The notes under the pieces are model-generated. The model had not been told where the DNA came from and searched no databases. It was given only the letters and a program-made list of their open reading frames with translations. A stretch of DNA of 57,449 nt from an uncultured Verrucomicrobiae bacterium. Lineage in GTDB: Bacteria; Verrucomicrobiota; Verrucomicrobiia; Limisphaerales; JAFGQR01. Made by a program: the position numbers and the translations under genes. This document shows positions 41,673-52,883 of this stretch, in pieces. Each line of letters opens with the position of its first letter. Positions within the stretch are counted from its first letter, which is position 1. Where the stretch lies: assembly GCA_963788655.1 (NCBI GenBank), contig CAWBHS010000091.1:1-57449 (forward strand). The letters are read 5' to 3'.

Positions 41673-43456
41673 ATGCCGATGTCATTCCAGGAATTCATTC
41701 ATCGGCTGGATGTCGGTTCCGGACATCGGATTCTCCGATACGCCCTGGCGCTGATCGCCCTGGTCGGATTGGCCGTTTTTTATGACGCCACGCGATTCCG
41801 TAATCTGGCGACCATCGAGGGAATGGATGCCGCGCAATTGGCCCGAAACATCGCCGAGGGCAACGGGTACGTAACGCAGTTTGTCCGGCCGCTAGGCCTC
41901 CACCTGTTGCAGCGGCACCGGGCGGATCACGATCCCTTGCTCAACACACCGCACCCGGATTTGGCGAATCCGCCGGTGTATCCCTGGCTGCTGGCGGGGG
42001 CGTTGAAGGTGATGCCCTTCGACTACCCGGAGCTGAACGTGCAAAGTTCTTTTTCAATTTATCTCCCCGATTTGTGGATCGCCATTTTCAACCAAGGCCT
42101 CTTCCTGGTGGCGGTGGTATTGACGTTTCGACTGGCCAAACGATTGTTTGACGAGCCTGTGGCGTGGCTGTCCGCCATTGTGCTCGTGGGCGCGGCTGCC
42201 TTCTGGCAGTTCAGCCTCTCCGGGCTCTCCACGCTGTTGCTGGTGGTCATTTTCGTGGGCTTGGCGGATGTCTTGACCCGGCTGGAGACGTCCGTCGCCA
42301 ATCCGAAGCGTCAACCAAGCGGCTGCTTGGTCTGGCAATCGGTGCCGGAGTTTTGGTAGGGCTGGGGTGCTTAACCCGGTATGCCTTTGGCTGGCTGATT
42401 CTGCCGGTCGGCATCTGGATTTCGCTGTACGGCGGGCGGAATCGCTCCAAGCTGATGCTGGCGGCGGCGGGAGCGTTCTGCGTGCTCGTGGGGCCGTGGA
42501 TCGTGCGGAACTACGTAGTCAGCGGGACGCCTTTCGGGACGGCAGGGTACGCTGTTTATCAAGGCACCTCACTATTCCCTGGCGACCAGTTGCCGCGCAC
42601 ATTGGTGCCGTCCTTCAGCGGTTTGTCCACGCAGGATTTTGGTCGGAAATTCTGGATCAACGCGCGCGAAATAGTGGCCAACGAGATTCCCCGCCTGGGC
42701 GGCAGTTGGGTCATCGGGTTGTTTATGGTGGGGTTGCTGCTGCCTTTTCGTAACTTGACCCGCGTCCGCATTCGGTATTGGCTTCTATTTTGCTTTGTCA
42801 CGCTGTTCGTGGTAGAGGCGTTCGGACGAACCGGACTGGAGGCGGATTCACCGCTAATCAGTTCGGACAATTTGCTCGTCCTGTTGGCGCCGTTGATCTT
42901 TGTCTATGGGGTCAGCTTGTTTTTTACGTTGATTGAACCGCTGACGGTGGCCGAACCGGGGGGGCGGTGGCCGGTGTGGACGTTGTTCGGAGTGCTGGCT
43001 TGCGCGCCGTTTCTGGTAAGTTTTTTGGCGCCACGAGCATCGCCGGTGGCCTATCCGCCATATTATCCGCCTTGGACGATGGCCAAATGCGGCTTAGTGG
43101 ACCGGCAAGCCCTGGTGATGGCGGATATTCCGTGGGCGGTGGCCTGGTACGGCAATCGGCAAAGCGTTTGGCTGACGTTAAAGCATCGCGGACAGCTTGA
43201 CGACAAGGCTAGCAATGACTTTTATGCGGTCAATCGTTTGAAAGCCGTCACCGCGTTGTACCTGACCGCCAAAACCTTGAAAACAGTTGAAACCAGCGCC
43301 ATTTGGCAATGGGCGAACAATGTTGAACCCGCCCGGGACTGGGTGAGTTTCGCGCTCGGAACTTATTTGAAGGGCGAAGTGCCCGATGGATTCCCGTTGC
43401 GGGTGGCCCCCGAAGGTCTGGGTCCAGAAATTTTTTTAACGGATTCTGAACGTTAG
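41673..43456 (+). CDS. GT-C fold (ArnT/PMT-like) glycosyltransferase (frameshift near 42310)
   Basis: DAAQLARNIAEG.GY, PPVYPWLLA, many TMs, PWIVRNY..SGTPFG. Confidence 0.8.
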
Positions 43457-43505
43457 CGAGCAAAAACAATCCAAGAATCGTAATCCGATAGGCTTGGATT
43501 TCTAT

Positions 43506-43535
43506 TTGACAGGAAATCGTACGTTCCATTACACC
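43506..43535 (+). promoter_or_regulatory. Possible sigma70 promoter for the EPS export cassette
   Basis: Perfect TTGACA at 43506-43511 in AT-rich intergenic DNA; only a weak -10 match. Confidence 0.3.
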
Positions 43536-43590
43536 TAAAGCCGTCATTACTTATTGAGGAAAAACTTGGTCGGAAAATTTTAAACGGATT

Positions 43591-44928
43591 ATGAAAAAAA
43601 TCATCGCCTCGGCCGGACTGATCGCAGTAGGGACCGCTGGTCTTCACGCTGCGGGCTATGCCCCGGGATTAACGCAACAAGAAGCTTCGAAAAACTGGAG
43701 TGTCGCGGCCTCGTTGCAGGGCTTTTATGACGACAACTACGCCTCGGCCAATGCCAACGTGATTGGCGCCAATGGGCAAAAGCTGAAGGAAGGCAGCGGG
43801 GGCATCGAGTTTCGGCCCAGTGTGGCTTACAATTTGCCGCTCGAACGGACGTACATTGGCCTGTCCTACGAGTATGGCTTGAAGTACTACTTTGATCGGG
43901 TCGGCGACGATATCGATCAAAGTCATACTTTCGATGGAGTAATTGATCATCGGTTTTCCGACCGCTACCGGCTGCGTGCGGAAGATAATTTGGTTTACTC
44001 TCAGGAGCCGCAGCTCACCACCGGATCAGTCGGTGCCGGAAACTACGCCACCTACCGATCCAATCTGGATTCATTCCGAAACAATCCGTCTCTCAAGTTT
44101 ACCGCTCAGCTTACGGAACTCTTTTCCGTGGATTTGGGATATCAAAACTGGTTTATCGATTACAAGGAAGGGGGCGAGGTAGTATTCGGCGCTGTTGGAC
44201 CGGGTGATGCACCGCTTTAATGTGGACGGGATGTATGCCGTTCGGGAGAACACTACTGCGGTGCTGGGTTATGCCTACACGATCATCGATTACACCAGCA
44301 AAAATTATTTGAATAATTGTACGCCTGCTCAGATTGCGGCATTAGTTGCTGGAGGCTACAGGTTTTGCGAGGCGATGATCGGGATTCCACGTCCCATTCC
44401 ATCTACGCCGGGGCAATTCACAATTTCTCTCCGACCTTGCGCGGTGAAGTCCGGGCGGGAGCACAATACACGGATTATTCAAATGATTTATTCGGCAGCA
44501 CTTGGTCGCCATACTTGGCATTGGCGGGTTCTTACTCCTACTGCCGGGCAGTTATTTGCAAGTTGGTGCCGATGTTAGTCGCGGCGCAACCGATGTAGCT
44601 GGGCTTGGCATCGACACGCTATGCCACTGATCAGGATGCAGCCAGCATCTATGCCTTGATCAACCATCGGATTTCCGGTGACCTCACGGGGCGACTGATG
44701 GGGCGATACCAATACGGGCGCTTCCGCGGGAAGGCTGGTGAACAAGCGGGAGTGCCCATCAATGGCGCGGCGGATAATTATTTTCAAGTCAGTGCCGGTG
44801 CCGAATACAAAATCAACACGTATTGGGCCGTGCAGGCCAACTATTTGTTCGACCGGCTGCGATTCAGATTTCCCGTCCGTAGCTTTAGCCGCAACCAAGT
44901 GTTTGGTGGTGTACGCGCTCAATACTGA
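43591..44928 (+). CDS. Outer-membrane beta-barrel protein associated with polysaccharide export (frameshifts)
   Basis: Signal peptide, YDDN motif, alternating amphipathic strands, C-terminal ..RNQVFGGVRAQY. Split over several frames. Confidence 0.8.
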
Positions 44929-44953
44929 GATTTTAAAACGCTGACAAAAACGG

Positions 44954-44987
44954 GAGGCTGGACCGTTCATCTGGCCTCTTTTTTTTT
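44954..44987 (+). terminator. Rho-independent terminator-like hairpin
   Basis: gaggctgga-ccgttca-tctggcctc followed by T9, ending 6 bp before the wzc ATG. Confidence 0.65.
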
Positions 44988-44993
44988 CGATTT

Positions 44994-47183
44994 ATGGAAG
45001 AGAAGAAACAGACCTTCAACACGCCGGAGATCAAACTCCACTTCCTGGACTACTGGCGAATCATCCGGATTCGTAAAACGGTGATCATCGCTGTGTTTCT
45101 GTTGGTGGCGATCACCACGACCTTGGTAACGTTCATCCTGCCCGAGTCCTACTCCAGTACGGTGCGCATGCGGGTGGATAAGAACGTGACCGACGTGGGA
45201 GGTTTGTTTACCACCGATCAGCGCAACTCGACCGCGTTTGATCCCTACTGGGTGGAGACGGAGTTCCAAACGATCCAATCCAAGTCTATTCTGTATCAGG
45301 TCATCACCAACCTGGACCTGAACAAGAAATGGGCGGAGCGATTCAAGGAGCCCCTGCCGCTCAGCACCGATCTGACCTTTGGCATTTTGAAGCATCAAAT
45401 CCAGGTCAGCCAGACGCGCAACACCAGCTTGATCGAGATCACGGTGTTTAGCGAAGATCCCCAAGAAGCGGCCGACATCGCCAACGAAGTCGCCAAAGTC
45501 TATCGGCAATCGCGGCTGGACCAGAAAATGGGGATGGCTAAAGGGGGTATCGCCGTCCTCAAGGCGAAGTACGAGGAACAGAACGCAGCGGTCACAAATC
45601 AGCAGGCCCTGGTGGACAAGCTGAAGAAGGAAAACCAAATCACCGACATCGAATCTGGACCGGGCAGCTATGCCACCGGCTGGACACTGCAACCGGAAAC
45701 CTTGCGGCGCATCGAAAATGAGCGCATTACCTCCGCGGCCGAGTTTCACGAACTCGATACGCTTTATACCACGCTCAGCAACATGCCTCCCGAGGAACTT
45801 CGGATGTCATTGTCCACGGCCACGGCCGATCCCCAATTGTCCACCCTGACCGATCAACTGGCGTCGGCACAGCGCCAGCGGACCGACTTGTTGCAAGTTT
45901 GGTCGGCCGAACATCCGGACGTCAAGCGCAGCGAGGAAATCATTGCCACCATCAACCAACAGATCGACGAGCGCGTCAAGGGCATCATGGATGGGCTTAA
46001 AGCCAAAGTGGACGCCAAAAAGGCCAAAATGGACAGCCTCCAGACTGAAGTGGACAAGGCCACTCAAAATGACATTACGTCGGCCATCGAGCGCGGGCCT
46101 TATAATCAAGCCAAGCGCGATTTGGAATCGTTGCAACGCGTACGTGAAAGTCTGGCGATTCGCGTGATTCAGGAAGAAGTGAACAACGCCATCCCGACGA
46201 CGGGCATCGTGGACGTAATTGATCCTGCCGAAGCCGGCAAACGCGCCGTCCGCCCCAACAAACCGTTGAACATCGGATTGGGTATCATCGTGGGGTTGGC
46301 CATCGGCGTCGGCTTGGCGTTCTTCATCGAGTACCTGGATACCAGTGTGAAGACCATCGACGACGTGGAACGGGCCTTGCAGGCGCCGGTCTTGGGGGTC
46401 ATTCCGCAAAATGTGGGAATTCTGCTGGAGGAAGGGCCGGACAGTCCGCACGCCGAAGCGTACCGGGTGTTGCGGACCAACATACTGTTCTCCCAGAAAG
46501 ATCCCAAGCTGAACACGGTTACCATCGTCAGCGGCGGCGCCGGCGAAGGCAAATCTACCACCACTTTCAATCTCGCGACCGTCTTCGCGCAAAACGGTCA
46601 GCGCGTCCTGGTTGTGGACTCGGACCTCCGCCGTCCGAGTCTGCACAAGGTGCTGCACGTCAGCAACGCCATCGGCTTGACCAATTACTTGTTAAAACAG
46701 AATACGCTGGAAGAAGTCATTCAAACGACGCCGTTGTCCACGCTGGACTTCATGCCGAGCGGCAAGTTGCCGAGCAGTTCCATGGGCGTGCTGAGCTCCC
46801 AGCAAATGAAAGACCTGATCCGCGATCTCAAGCGGCGTTATGATTTTGTTTTCTTTGACTCGCCGCCGATCATGGGCGTGAGCGACGCTTCCATCCTGGC
46901 CAGTGAAGTTGATATGGTGCTCCAAGTGATCCAGTATCGCCGCTACCCACAACCGATGACCATCCGCGCCAAGCAAATGATCGAAAAAGTGGGCGGCAAC
47001 TTGTTGGGCATTGTCCTCAACAACATCAACATGGCCTCCGACGAGAACTATTATTACTACAGCGGCTATTACTACGATTACTATTCCAAGAATGAAGAAG
47101 CCGGCCCGGACAAAGCCGCCACCGATGGGGACAAGCCCGCCGGCGCCGACGAAGGCCAGGTTGAAATTCACTCCAAATATTGA
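44994..47183 (+). CDS. Polysaccharide co-polymerase / tyrosine autokinase (Wzc/GumC)
   Basis: Two TMs around a coiled coil, EAYRVLRTN, GEGKS, VDSDLRRP, DSPP, Tyr cluster ENYYYYSGYYYDYY. Confidence 0.95.
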   Translation: MEEKKQTFNTPEIKLHFLDYWRIIRIRKTVIIAVFLLVAITTTLVTFILPESYSSTVRMRVDKNVTDVGGLFTTDQRNSTAFDPYWVETEFQTIQSKSILYQVITNLDLNKKWAERFKEPLPLSTDLTFGILKHQIQVSQTRNTSLIEITVFSEDPQEAADIANEVAKVYRQSRLDQKMGMAKGGIAVLKAKYEEQNAAVTNQQALVDKLKKENQITDIESGPGSYATGWTLQPETLRRIENERITSAAEFHELDTLYTTLSNMPPEELRMSLSTATADPQLSTLTDQLASAQRQRTDLLQVWSAEHPDVKRSEEIIATINQQIDERVKGIMDGLKAKVDAKKAKMDSLQTEVDKATQNDITSAIERGPYNQAKRDLESLQRVRESLAIRVIQEEVNNAIPTTGIVDVIDPAEAGKRAVRPNKPLNIGLGIIVGLAIGVGLAFFIEYLDTSVKTIDDVERALQAPVLGVIPQNVGILLEEGPDSPHAEAYRVLRTNILFSQKDPKLNTVTIVSGGAGEGKSTTTFNLATVFAQNGQRVLVVDSDLRRPSLHKVLHVSNAIGLTNYLLKQNTLEEVIQTTPLSTLDFMPSGKLPSSSMGVLSSQQMKDLIRDLKRRYDFVFFDSPPIMGVSDASILASEVDMVLQVIQYRRYPQPMTIRAKQMIEKVGGNLLGIVLNNINMASDENYYYYSGYYYDYYSKNEEAGPDKAATDGDKPAGADEGQVEIHSKY

Positions 47184-47210
47184 TTGCGTGAGCTACTGAG
47201 TTTGTACTGC

Positions 47211-47914
47211 ATGAACCGATTTGTTAAGTCATTGGCATCCTCGAACCGGGTGTTGGCCCTGGCCGCTCTGGTGCTGGCTGGATTATTGGCGACGGGATGT
47301 TACACCACGGATCCCAACCCTAAGCAACCGTTTGTATTCCCGGGGACGACGACCGTAACATCCCCAGGCAACTCTAATCCGGGCAGCCCCGACGTCGATC
47401 CGACGTTAGTTCCGCCGAGCACGACCGAATTGCGTCCCGGGGAAACCATCACCGTAAGCTTTGTCGGATCTGCCGCGGGAGAAGGCGGTGCCGCCATTGG
47501 ACGTGCGAATCGGCGATGACGGCAAAGTTACCTTGTATTGGAATGTCACATTGATGGCGGCGGGCAAAACCGCTGCGCAATTGGAGAAAGATATCCATGA
47601 AGCCTATGTTCCCCGGCCTGATCCGAGAAGTGACGGTGACGGTCAAAGGCGCGGAACTGGTTTATTTCGTTGGTGGCGAAGTTCGTAATCCTAACAAATT
47701 CTTTTTCTATCCGCACGTCACGGTGACGCGGGCGATCGATACTGCCGGTGGCTTCACCGAGTATGCGGACAAAGGAAACATTCAACTGATCCGGTCCACG
47801 GGCGAAAAGTTCACCGTTGATTACTATAAGGCCATTCGCGACCCCAGTCTCGACTTGGAAGTATTACCCAACGACCGGATTTTCGTGCCGCGGCGCGGTC
47901 CCTTTGGAATGTGA
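47211..47914 (+). CDS. Short Wza-like (OPX) polysaccharide export lipoprotein (frameshifts)
   Basis: Lipobox LATGC, LRPGETITVSF, IGDDGKVTL, AAGKT..QLEKDI, VGGEVRNP, AGGFTEYA, PNDRIFVP. Confidence 0.85.
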
Positions 47915-47987
47915 TCGCCTCGAAGTCGAGCTCGAAACTCCCGCCAACAACCGGATTTCCGTGGCCCAGCGCGGCTCCTGTGGTTAA

Positions 47988-48377
47988 GTGGTTCTCCTCA
48001 AGCATTTGAACGGTAAAGAGGCGGGTACCGAGATTTCGGCCCGCCGTTTCCCTTTTAGCATCGGCCGCTCGCCCAACTCGAATTATCGGCTGATGGCCGA
48101 CGGCGTGTGGGACCACCACGCTGAAATTCATCTGCACCGTTCACGGGACTTTGTGTTGGTCGCCAAGGACGACGCTTCGGTTTTGTTGAATGGCCATCCC
48201 GTGACCCAGGCGGTCTTGCGCAATGGCGACCACGTACATCTCGGAGGTGCCCAGTTGCTATTCAGCTTGAGTCCGCCAACGCCCCGCAGTTTGAAACTGC
48301 GGGAAACGTTCACTTGGATGGCGCTGGGAGCCTTGTTCGTCCTGCAACTTGCGCTGATCTACTGGTTGGTTGATTGA
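47988..48377 (+). CDS. FHA-domain protein with C-terminal TM
   Basis: FSIGRS, VWDHHAEI, LNG, LRNGDHVHLG, hydrophobic C-terminus. Confidence 0.85.
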   Translation: MVLLKHLNGKEAGTEISARRFPFSIGRSPNSNYRLMADGVWDHHAEIHLHRSRDFVLVAKDDASVLLNGHPVTQAVLRNGDHVHLGGAQLLFSLSPPTPRSLKLRETFTWMALGALFVLQLALIYWLVD

Positions 48378-48417
48378 ACTGGGTGGCGATGGGACTGCCG
48401 CCATCACCTCTGCCTAT

Positions 48418-50328
48418 TCAAGGGGAGGGAACAAGTTCAATCAACGTTACCGAATTGGCCGGCAACGTTTCTTCCCGCACAAACGCTTCACCGCCGAGCT
48501 GACCCGCCCCGGTTTGCTCCAATTCCGCCCGGTTTTGATCATTCCAGACGTTGCTGTGCGTGGCGTCCACCGTCCATTCCCGCCAGCGGCCGTTCCGCAA
48601 TGGCGCCGGTAACGCCTCCAATTGAAGCCGCACGTGGCGGCGCAGAGCGTATCGATCCCTAAAATTGACGAGCACGATCGCCAACCGGCCTTGCGATGCA
48701 TCCCATGCGGCCACGCCGGAAACGTCGCCATCGGTGCCGTTGACCGGCAGCCAGGAACCGCGCAGCCCATTGAAGATTTTGGCGACATTGTAGGAAGCTT
48801 TGGGAACATTGTCTTTCATGAGCAGGCTGTAATCACCGCGGAAGTTCATGTCCCCCTGTTTTACATAGAAGAAGCAAGGGCGGTCGATGCGTGCCGGCAG
48901 GAAGGCGCGGGTGATCGAATTGGCGCACCAAGCCGCGCCAACCTCGTGGTCTTGCGGGCGATCCGCCCACCAGGCTTCGTTCCATTCGGTGATCATGAAC
49001 GAGTTCACGCGCGGTTTCAGTTCGGGAACATCCTCCAGATAGCGCCGAAACGTCTCGGCTTCGCGCACGATGACTTCCGGTGGCTGAAAGTACTCATGCC
49101 AGCTCACGAAATCGAGCGGCAGCTTCTCTTGCTGGCACCATAACATCAACCCGCGCGCAAAGCCCTGCCCATGGAAGCAATGCCCGCAGTCCGAATTCTC
49201 CATGGGTCCGCTGGCCAGCGCGGGCCCGCCAATCTTCGCCTGTGGATCCGCCTTCAGGACACCCCGGGCGGTGGCCCGATAGAGTTTGCAGTAAGCCTCA
49301 AATCGCCGAACCACGCCCTCATCCGTCGGCTCCTTGCCCAGCGCCTGCGCATAGATTTTGCGAAACGCCGCCCTGCCCGTGTCTTCCGGTCCGGGTTTGA
49401 GCCAGCCGGTGTTGACTTCATTCCACACCTCCCAAAACGGGACTCGCTTCCCGCGGTCGAGGCAACGTTTGGCGGCTTGATAACACAATTCTTCCCAGAC
49501 GCCGTAGTCTTTCGGGGCGCTTTGCCGGTCGTTGTTGGGAACGGCATCCAACACCTGCGGCATGTAGGAAACCGCCAGGATCGCCTCGGCGCCCATCTGA
49601 TGGAGAAAATCCACCCGTCGGTCCAAATCCGTCCAATCGTAGGTCAATTTGCCCGTGGATTCCTTCTTCAACACGGAAGTAAACACGTTGTCCATGCGGA
49701 ACCATTTGAAGCCGCCTGCCTTCAACTTTTGCGCCGTGGCGTCTTCATAATCGGCCAGGCCGCCGCCCTGGCTCAAACCCACAATCCCTTCGGGAACGGG
49801 GCCCAACGTGCGCTGCGGTTCGACCGTCAAAAGCAAGGATTCACTGGCGCGTTGATGGTCGATAATCACCCACTGGGCTTCGCCAAAGCGGTCGCCGCCC
49901 TGGACTTTGCCATAGACCTGTACCGCCACGCGGACCGCTTTCTCCGGCACCGCTTGTTCAGCCACAACGACCAAAGCCGGATGATCGTTGTCGAAACGGC
50001 ACTGCAATTGGTTCCCCACAAAGACCTCCCCTCCGTCGCCACAATTGAATTGGAGCCCCACGGTTTGGCCGGCGGTCGGTTGGTCCTTGATTTGTGCGGG
50101 AATTGTTAAGTCGCCGATCAACCAGCGGAACTTCGCGTCGGTCGGCCACGAATCACCGGGCTTGATCGGTGTGCCGTCGGCCACGTTCTCCGGGGGACGC
50201 GACTGCCGTTGGTCACCGGCAACGAGTACCCGCCAATCGGCGAAGGCAGAGACGGTAACCATGAAGGTGGAAAGCGCCAGCGCGAACCATTGGCGCCCCG
50301 GATGCGAGGAGAACTTTGAATTGATCAT
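48418..50328 (-). CDS. GH39-like glycoside hydrolase with N-terminal beta-sandwich
   Basis: WEVWNE acid/base, KIGGPA, DFVSWHEY, ITEWN nucleophile; signal peptide. Confidence 0.85.
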   Translation of the reverse strand: MINSKFSSHPGRQWFALALSTFMVTVSAFADWRVLVAGDQRQSRPPENVADGTPIKPGDSWPTDAKFRWLIGDLTIPAQIKDQPTAGQTVGLQFNCGDGGEVFVGNQLQCRFDNDHPALVVVAEQAVPEKAVRVAVQVYGKVQGGDRFGEAQWVIIDHQRASESLLLTVEPQRTLGPVPEGIVGLSQGGGLADYEDATAQKLKAGGFKWFRMDNVFTSVLKKESTGKLTYDWTDLDRRVDFLHQMGAEAILAVSYMPQVLDAVPNNDRQSAPKDYGVWEELCYQAAKRCLDRGKRVPFWEVWNEVNTGWLKPGPEDTGRAAFRKIYAQALGKEPTDEGVVRRFEAYCKLYRATARGVLKADPQAKIGGPALASGPMENSDCGHCFHGQGFARGLMLWCQQEKLPLDFVSWHEYFQPPEVIVREAETFRRYLEDVPELKPRVNSFMITEWNEAWWADRPQDHEVGAAWCANSITRAFLPARIDRPCFFYVKQGDMNFRGDYSLLMKDNVPKASYNVAKIFNGLRGSWLPVNGTDGDVSGVAAWDASQGRLAIVLVNFRDRYALRRHVRLQLEALPAPLRNGRWREWTVDATHSNVWNDQNRAELEQTGAGQLGGEAFVREETLPANSVTLIELVPSP

Positions 50329-50351
50329 AATTGGAAAGTCGGACTTCGAGA

Positions 50352-50675
50352 TCAGTTACGGACGGCCAGCACCCCGATGAACAGGCCCACACCGAAGGCA
50401 ATTCCGACGGAGTGATACGGCTTGGCGCGAATGGCTTTGTCCGCCGCTTTGGCCCCGGCAGCGGCGCGCTTTTCAAACTCCCAACAGGTTACTTTGGCGC
50501 GTTGCAGGGCGGTCGCGAGACGGTCCCGGGCTTCCTTGGCCTTTTCGCTGACCTCCCCGGCGGTGGCGTTCATCAACTCTTCGGCGTCGGTAGCCAGGGT
50601 CTTGAGATTGGTGAACAACTTGCCTCGCGCTTCCTCGCGCAGGGTTCGTTCCATGATTTCAAAGTGGGTTTCCAT
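50352..50675 (-). CDS. DUF883 (ElaB/YqjD) family protein
   Basis: LATDAEELMNATAG...KAADKAIRAKPYHSVGIAFGVGLFIGVL. Confidence 0.9.
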   Translation of the reverse strand: METHFEIMERTLREEARGKLFTNLKTLATDAEELMNATAGEVSEKAKEARDRLATALQRAKVTCWEFEKRAAAGAKAADKAIRAKPYHSVGIAFGVGLFIGVLAVRN

Positions 50676-50779
50676 TCGCTAACTTTCTCGCTGCCAGCTT
50701 GCGTCACTCTGCCGGCGATTGCTTCCGGTGCTAAAGAAACGCTCAACACCGCCCAGTGTCAATTTCAGAACGCCTATCC

Positions 50780-50806
50780 AACGTGCTGCCGGCGTCCCGC
50801 CAGCAG
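50780..50806. repeat. GTGCTGCCGGC-class palindrome copy
   Basis: aacgtgctgccggcgtcccgccagcag matches about 29370-29396. Confidence 0.7.
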
Positions 50807-51029
50807 ACAAAGCGAGGACGGCGCTCCGAATTGAGTGCGCCCACCACCACTGGGAGGAGCGCCACAGTTTGGAGCGCGCCCGCCCTCGACGTCGTCAACC
50901 GGCGCCCATTCCGGCTGGGCCGCGACGACGAGGTCACTGGCAATCCCATTCACCTGGCGGTGCGGACAATTTTCCGCGCCCCAGTTGACAATGGGTTTAT
51001 GATACTGCCGCAATTGACATTTACTCAGA

Positions 51030-51743
51030 TTGATTATGAAAAACATTGTTCCTCTTATCGCGTTTGTGGTGGCGGGCCTGGCTGGCATTGGATGGACGGC
51101 GGAAGCAAACAAAACCAGCGAACCGGCCAAAGTTGATCCGGGTCCCATCGGCGGGCCACCGTCGGATGCTCTCGTGCTGTTCTCCGGCAAGGATTTGTCC
51201 CAATGGAAAGGAGAGAAAGGCAAGGAAGCGCGCTGGCGTATCGAGGACGGGGCCATGGTGGTCAATGGCACGGGTAGTATCATCACGAAAGAGGAATTTG
51301 GCGACTGCCAACTGCACGTCGAATGGGCGGCACCAGCCAAAGTCGAAGGCGAAGGACAGGGCCGGGGCAACAGCGGAGTTTACTTGCAGGGGCGCTATGA
51401 AATTCAGGTATTGGATTCTGTTAACAACAAAACGTATTTCGACGGGCAGGCCGGCGCCTATTACGGCCACGCGGCACCGCTGGTTAATCCAGCTCGCCAG
51501 CCCGGCGAATGGCAGGTGTATGACATCATTTTTCACCCACCCAAAATGGGCGCAGACGGCAAAGTGATTTCCGGTTCCTTTACCGTGTTGTTTAACGGTG
51601 TGCTGGTACAAGACCACGTACCGGTAGCAGGCCAAGCCACCACGGCGGCGAAGTTCACCGGGGTGACGCCCAAAGGCCCGCTCGTCTTGCAAGACCACGG
51701 CAATCCGGTGCGGTACCGGAATGTTTGGATTCGGAAGCTTTAG
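51030..51743 (+). CDS. DUF1080 (3-keto-disaccharide hydrolase-like) protein
   Basis: PPSDALVLF.GKDL, FGDCQLHVEW, GNSGVY, YEIQVLDS, LQDHGNPVRYRNVW. Confidence 0.92.
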   Translation: MIMKNIVPLIAFVVAGLAGIGWTAEANKTSEPAKVDPGPIGGPPSDALVLFSGKDLSQWKGEKGKEARWRIEDGAMVVNGTGSIITKEEFGDCQLHVEWAAPAKVEGEGQGRGNSGVYLQGRYEIQVLDSVNNKTYFDGQAGAYYGHAAPLVNPARQPGEWQVYDIIFHPPKMGADGKVISGSFTVLFNGVLVQDHVPVAGQATTAAKFTGVTPKGPLVLQDHGNPVRYRNVWIRKL

Positions 51744-51780
51744 CGCCCGTTTGCAGCATCATCCGAATGGGGACGCGTTA

Positions 51781-51843
51781 GGTTTGGAGTCCCGCCTTCA
51801 GGCGGTTTGGACGCGATGCCGCCTGAAGGCGGGACTCCAAACC
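51781..51843. repeat. Perfect 25-bp inverted repeat (REP-like; possible bidirectional terminator)
   Basis: ggtttggagtcccgccttcaggcgg ... ccgcctgaaggcgggactccaaacc between convergent genes. Confidence 0.9.
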
Positions 51844-51898
51844 AACGGTGAAATCTAAAGCAATTCACCGCCGGCAACCGTGTTGCTCTATGGGTGTT

Positions 51899-52846
51899 CT
51901 ACTGAAGTTGCTCCCCTCTTAAGTGGTGTCCGGTCAAAAAATCCCGGGCCGAAAGCCGACGGCCTCCCTCGCGCTGAAGTTCGAGGATGCGCAGCGCCTG
52001 ATTGCCACACGCCACTACAATGCCGTTCTGATCGGCTCCTAACACTTGCCCCGGCGCTCCGCTCCCTTCCGTTTCAACCTGAACCGACCAAATTTTCAAT
52101 AGCACCGCTTTGAGTTCGGCGGGCTGAAACGTGAAGGTTCCCGGCCATGGCGTAAACGCGCGCACGCGGTTCTCAATCGCTCGCGCGGATAGGGTCCAGT
52201 CGATGCGACCGTCCTCGCGGGTAATCTTCTTGGCGTAGCTGACGCCTTCCGCCGGTTGCGGTTGGGGGACGATCTTACCCTTCACGTAATCTGGAATGGT
52301 TTGCACCAGCAGTTCGGCGCCCATCCGCGCCAGGCGATCGTGCAGGGTTTGGGCCGTGTCTTCGGTTTGAATCGGCGTCGAGTCCCGGGTGAGCATCGGT
52401 CCGGTATCCAGTCCAGCGTCCATCTTCATGATAGTGACGCCGGTGTGCGATTCAGCCTCGATGATAGCCCATTGGATCGGCGCGGCGCCGCGGTACTTGG
52501 GCAGCAGCGAGGCATGCACGTTGAGGCAGCCGTGCCGCGGCAGGTCCAGCAGGGATTGGGGCAGAATTTGGCCGTACGCAGCCACAACCATCAAGTCGGG
52601 AGTCAATGGTCGGAGTTGTTCGATGAATGCGTCATTGCGTGCCCGTTCGGGTTGCAGCACCGGAAGGTTTTCCCGAAGCGCCAACTCTTTAACCGGCGAA
52701 AAGGCCAGTTGCAACGAGCGGCCTTTCGGACGATCCGGTTGCGTGACCACGGCCACCACCTCGAACGCTGGCTCGCGGCAGAGTGCTGCCAGGCTGGGAC
52801 AGGCCAGTTCCGCGGTGCCCATGAAAATGATCCGTAATACCGACAT
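51899..52846 (-). CDS. fmt: Methionyl-tRNA formyltransferase
   Basis: IFMGT, VTQPDRP, VAAYGQIL, NVHASLLPKYRGAAPI, MDAGLDTG, PWPG. Confidence 0.97.
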   Translation of the reverse strand: MSVLRIIFMGTAELACPSLAALCREPAFEVVAVVTQPDRPKGRSLQLAFSPVKELALRENLPVLQPERARNDAFIEQLRPLTPDLMVVAAYGQILPQSLLDLPRHGCLNVHASLLPKYRGAAPIQWAIIEAESHTGVTIMKMDAGLDTGPMLTRDSTPIQTEDTAQTLHDRLARMGAELLVQTIPDYVKGKIVPQPQPAEGVSYAKKITREDGRIDWTLSARAIENRVRAFTPWPGTFTFQPAELKAVLLKIWSVQVETEGSGAPGQVLGADQNGIVVACGNQALRILELQREGGRRLSARDFLTGHHLRGEQLQ

Positions 52847-52883
52847 GCAATCGTGAAGCGCGGTTTGGAAAACGATTTAACCA

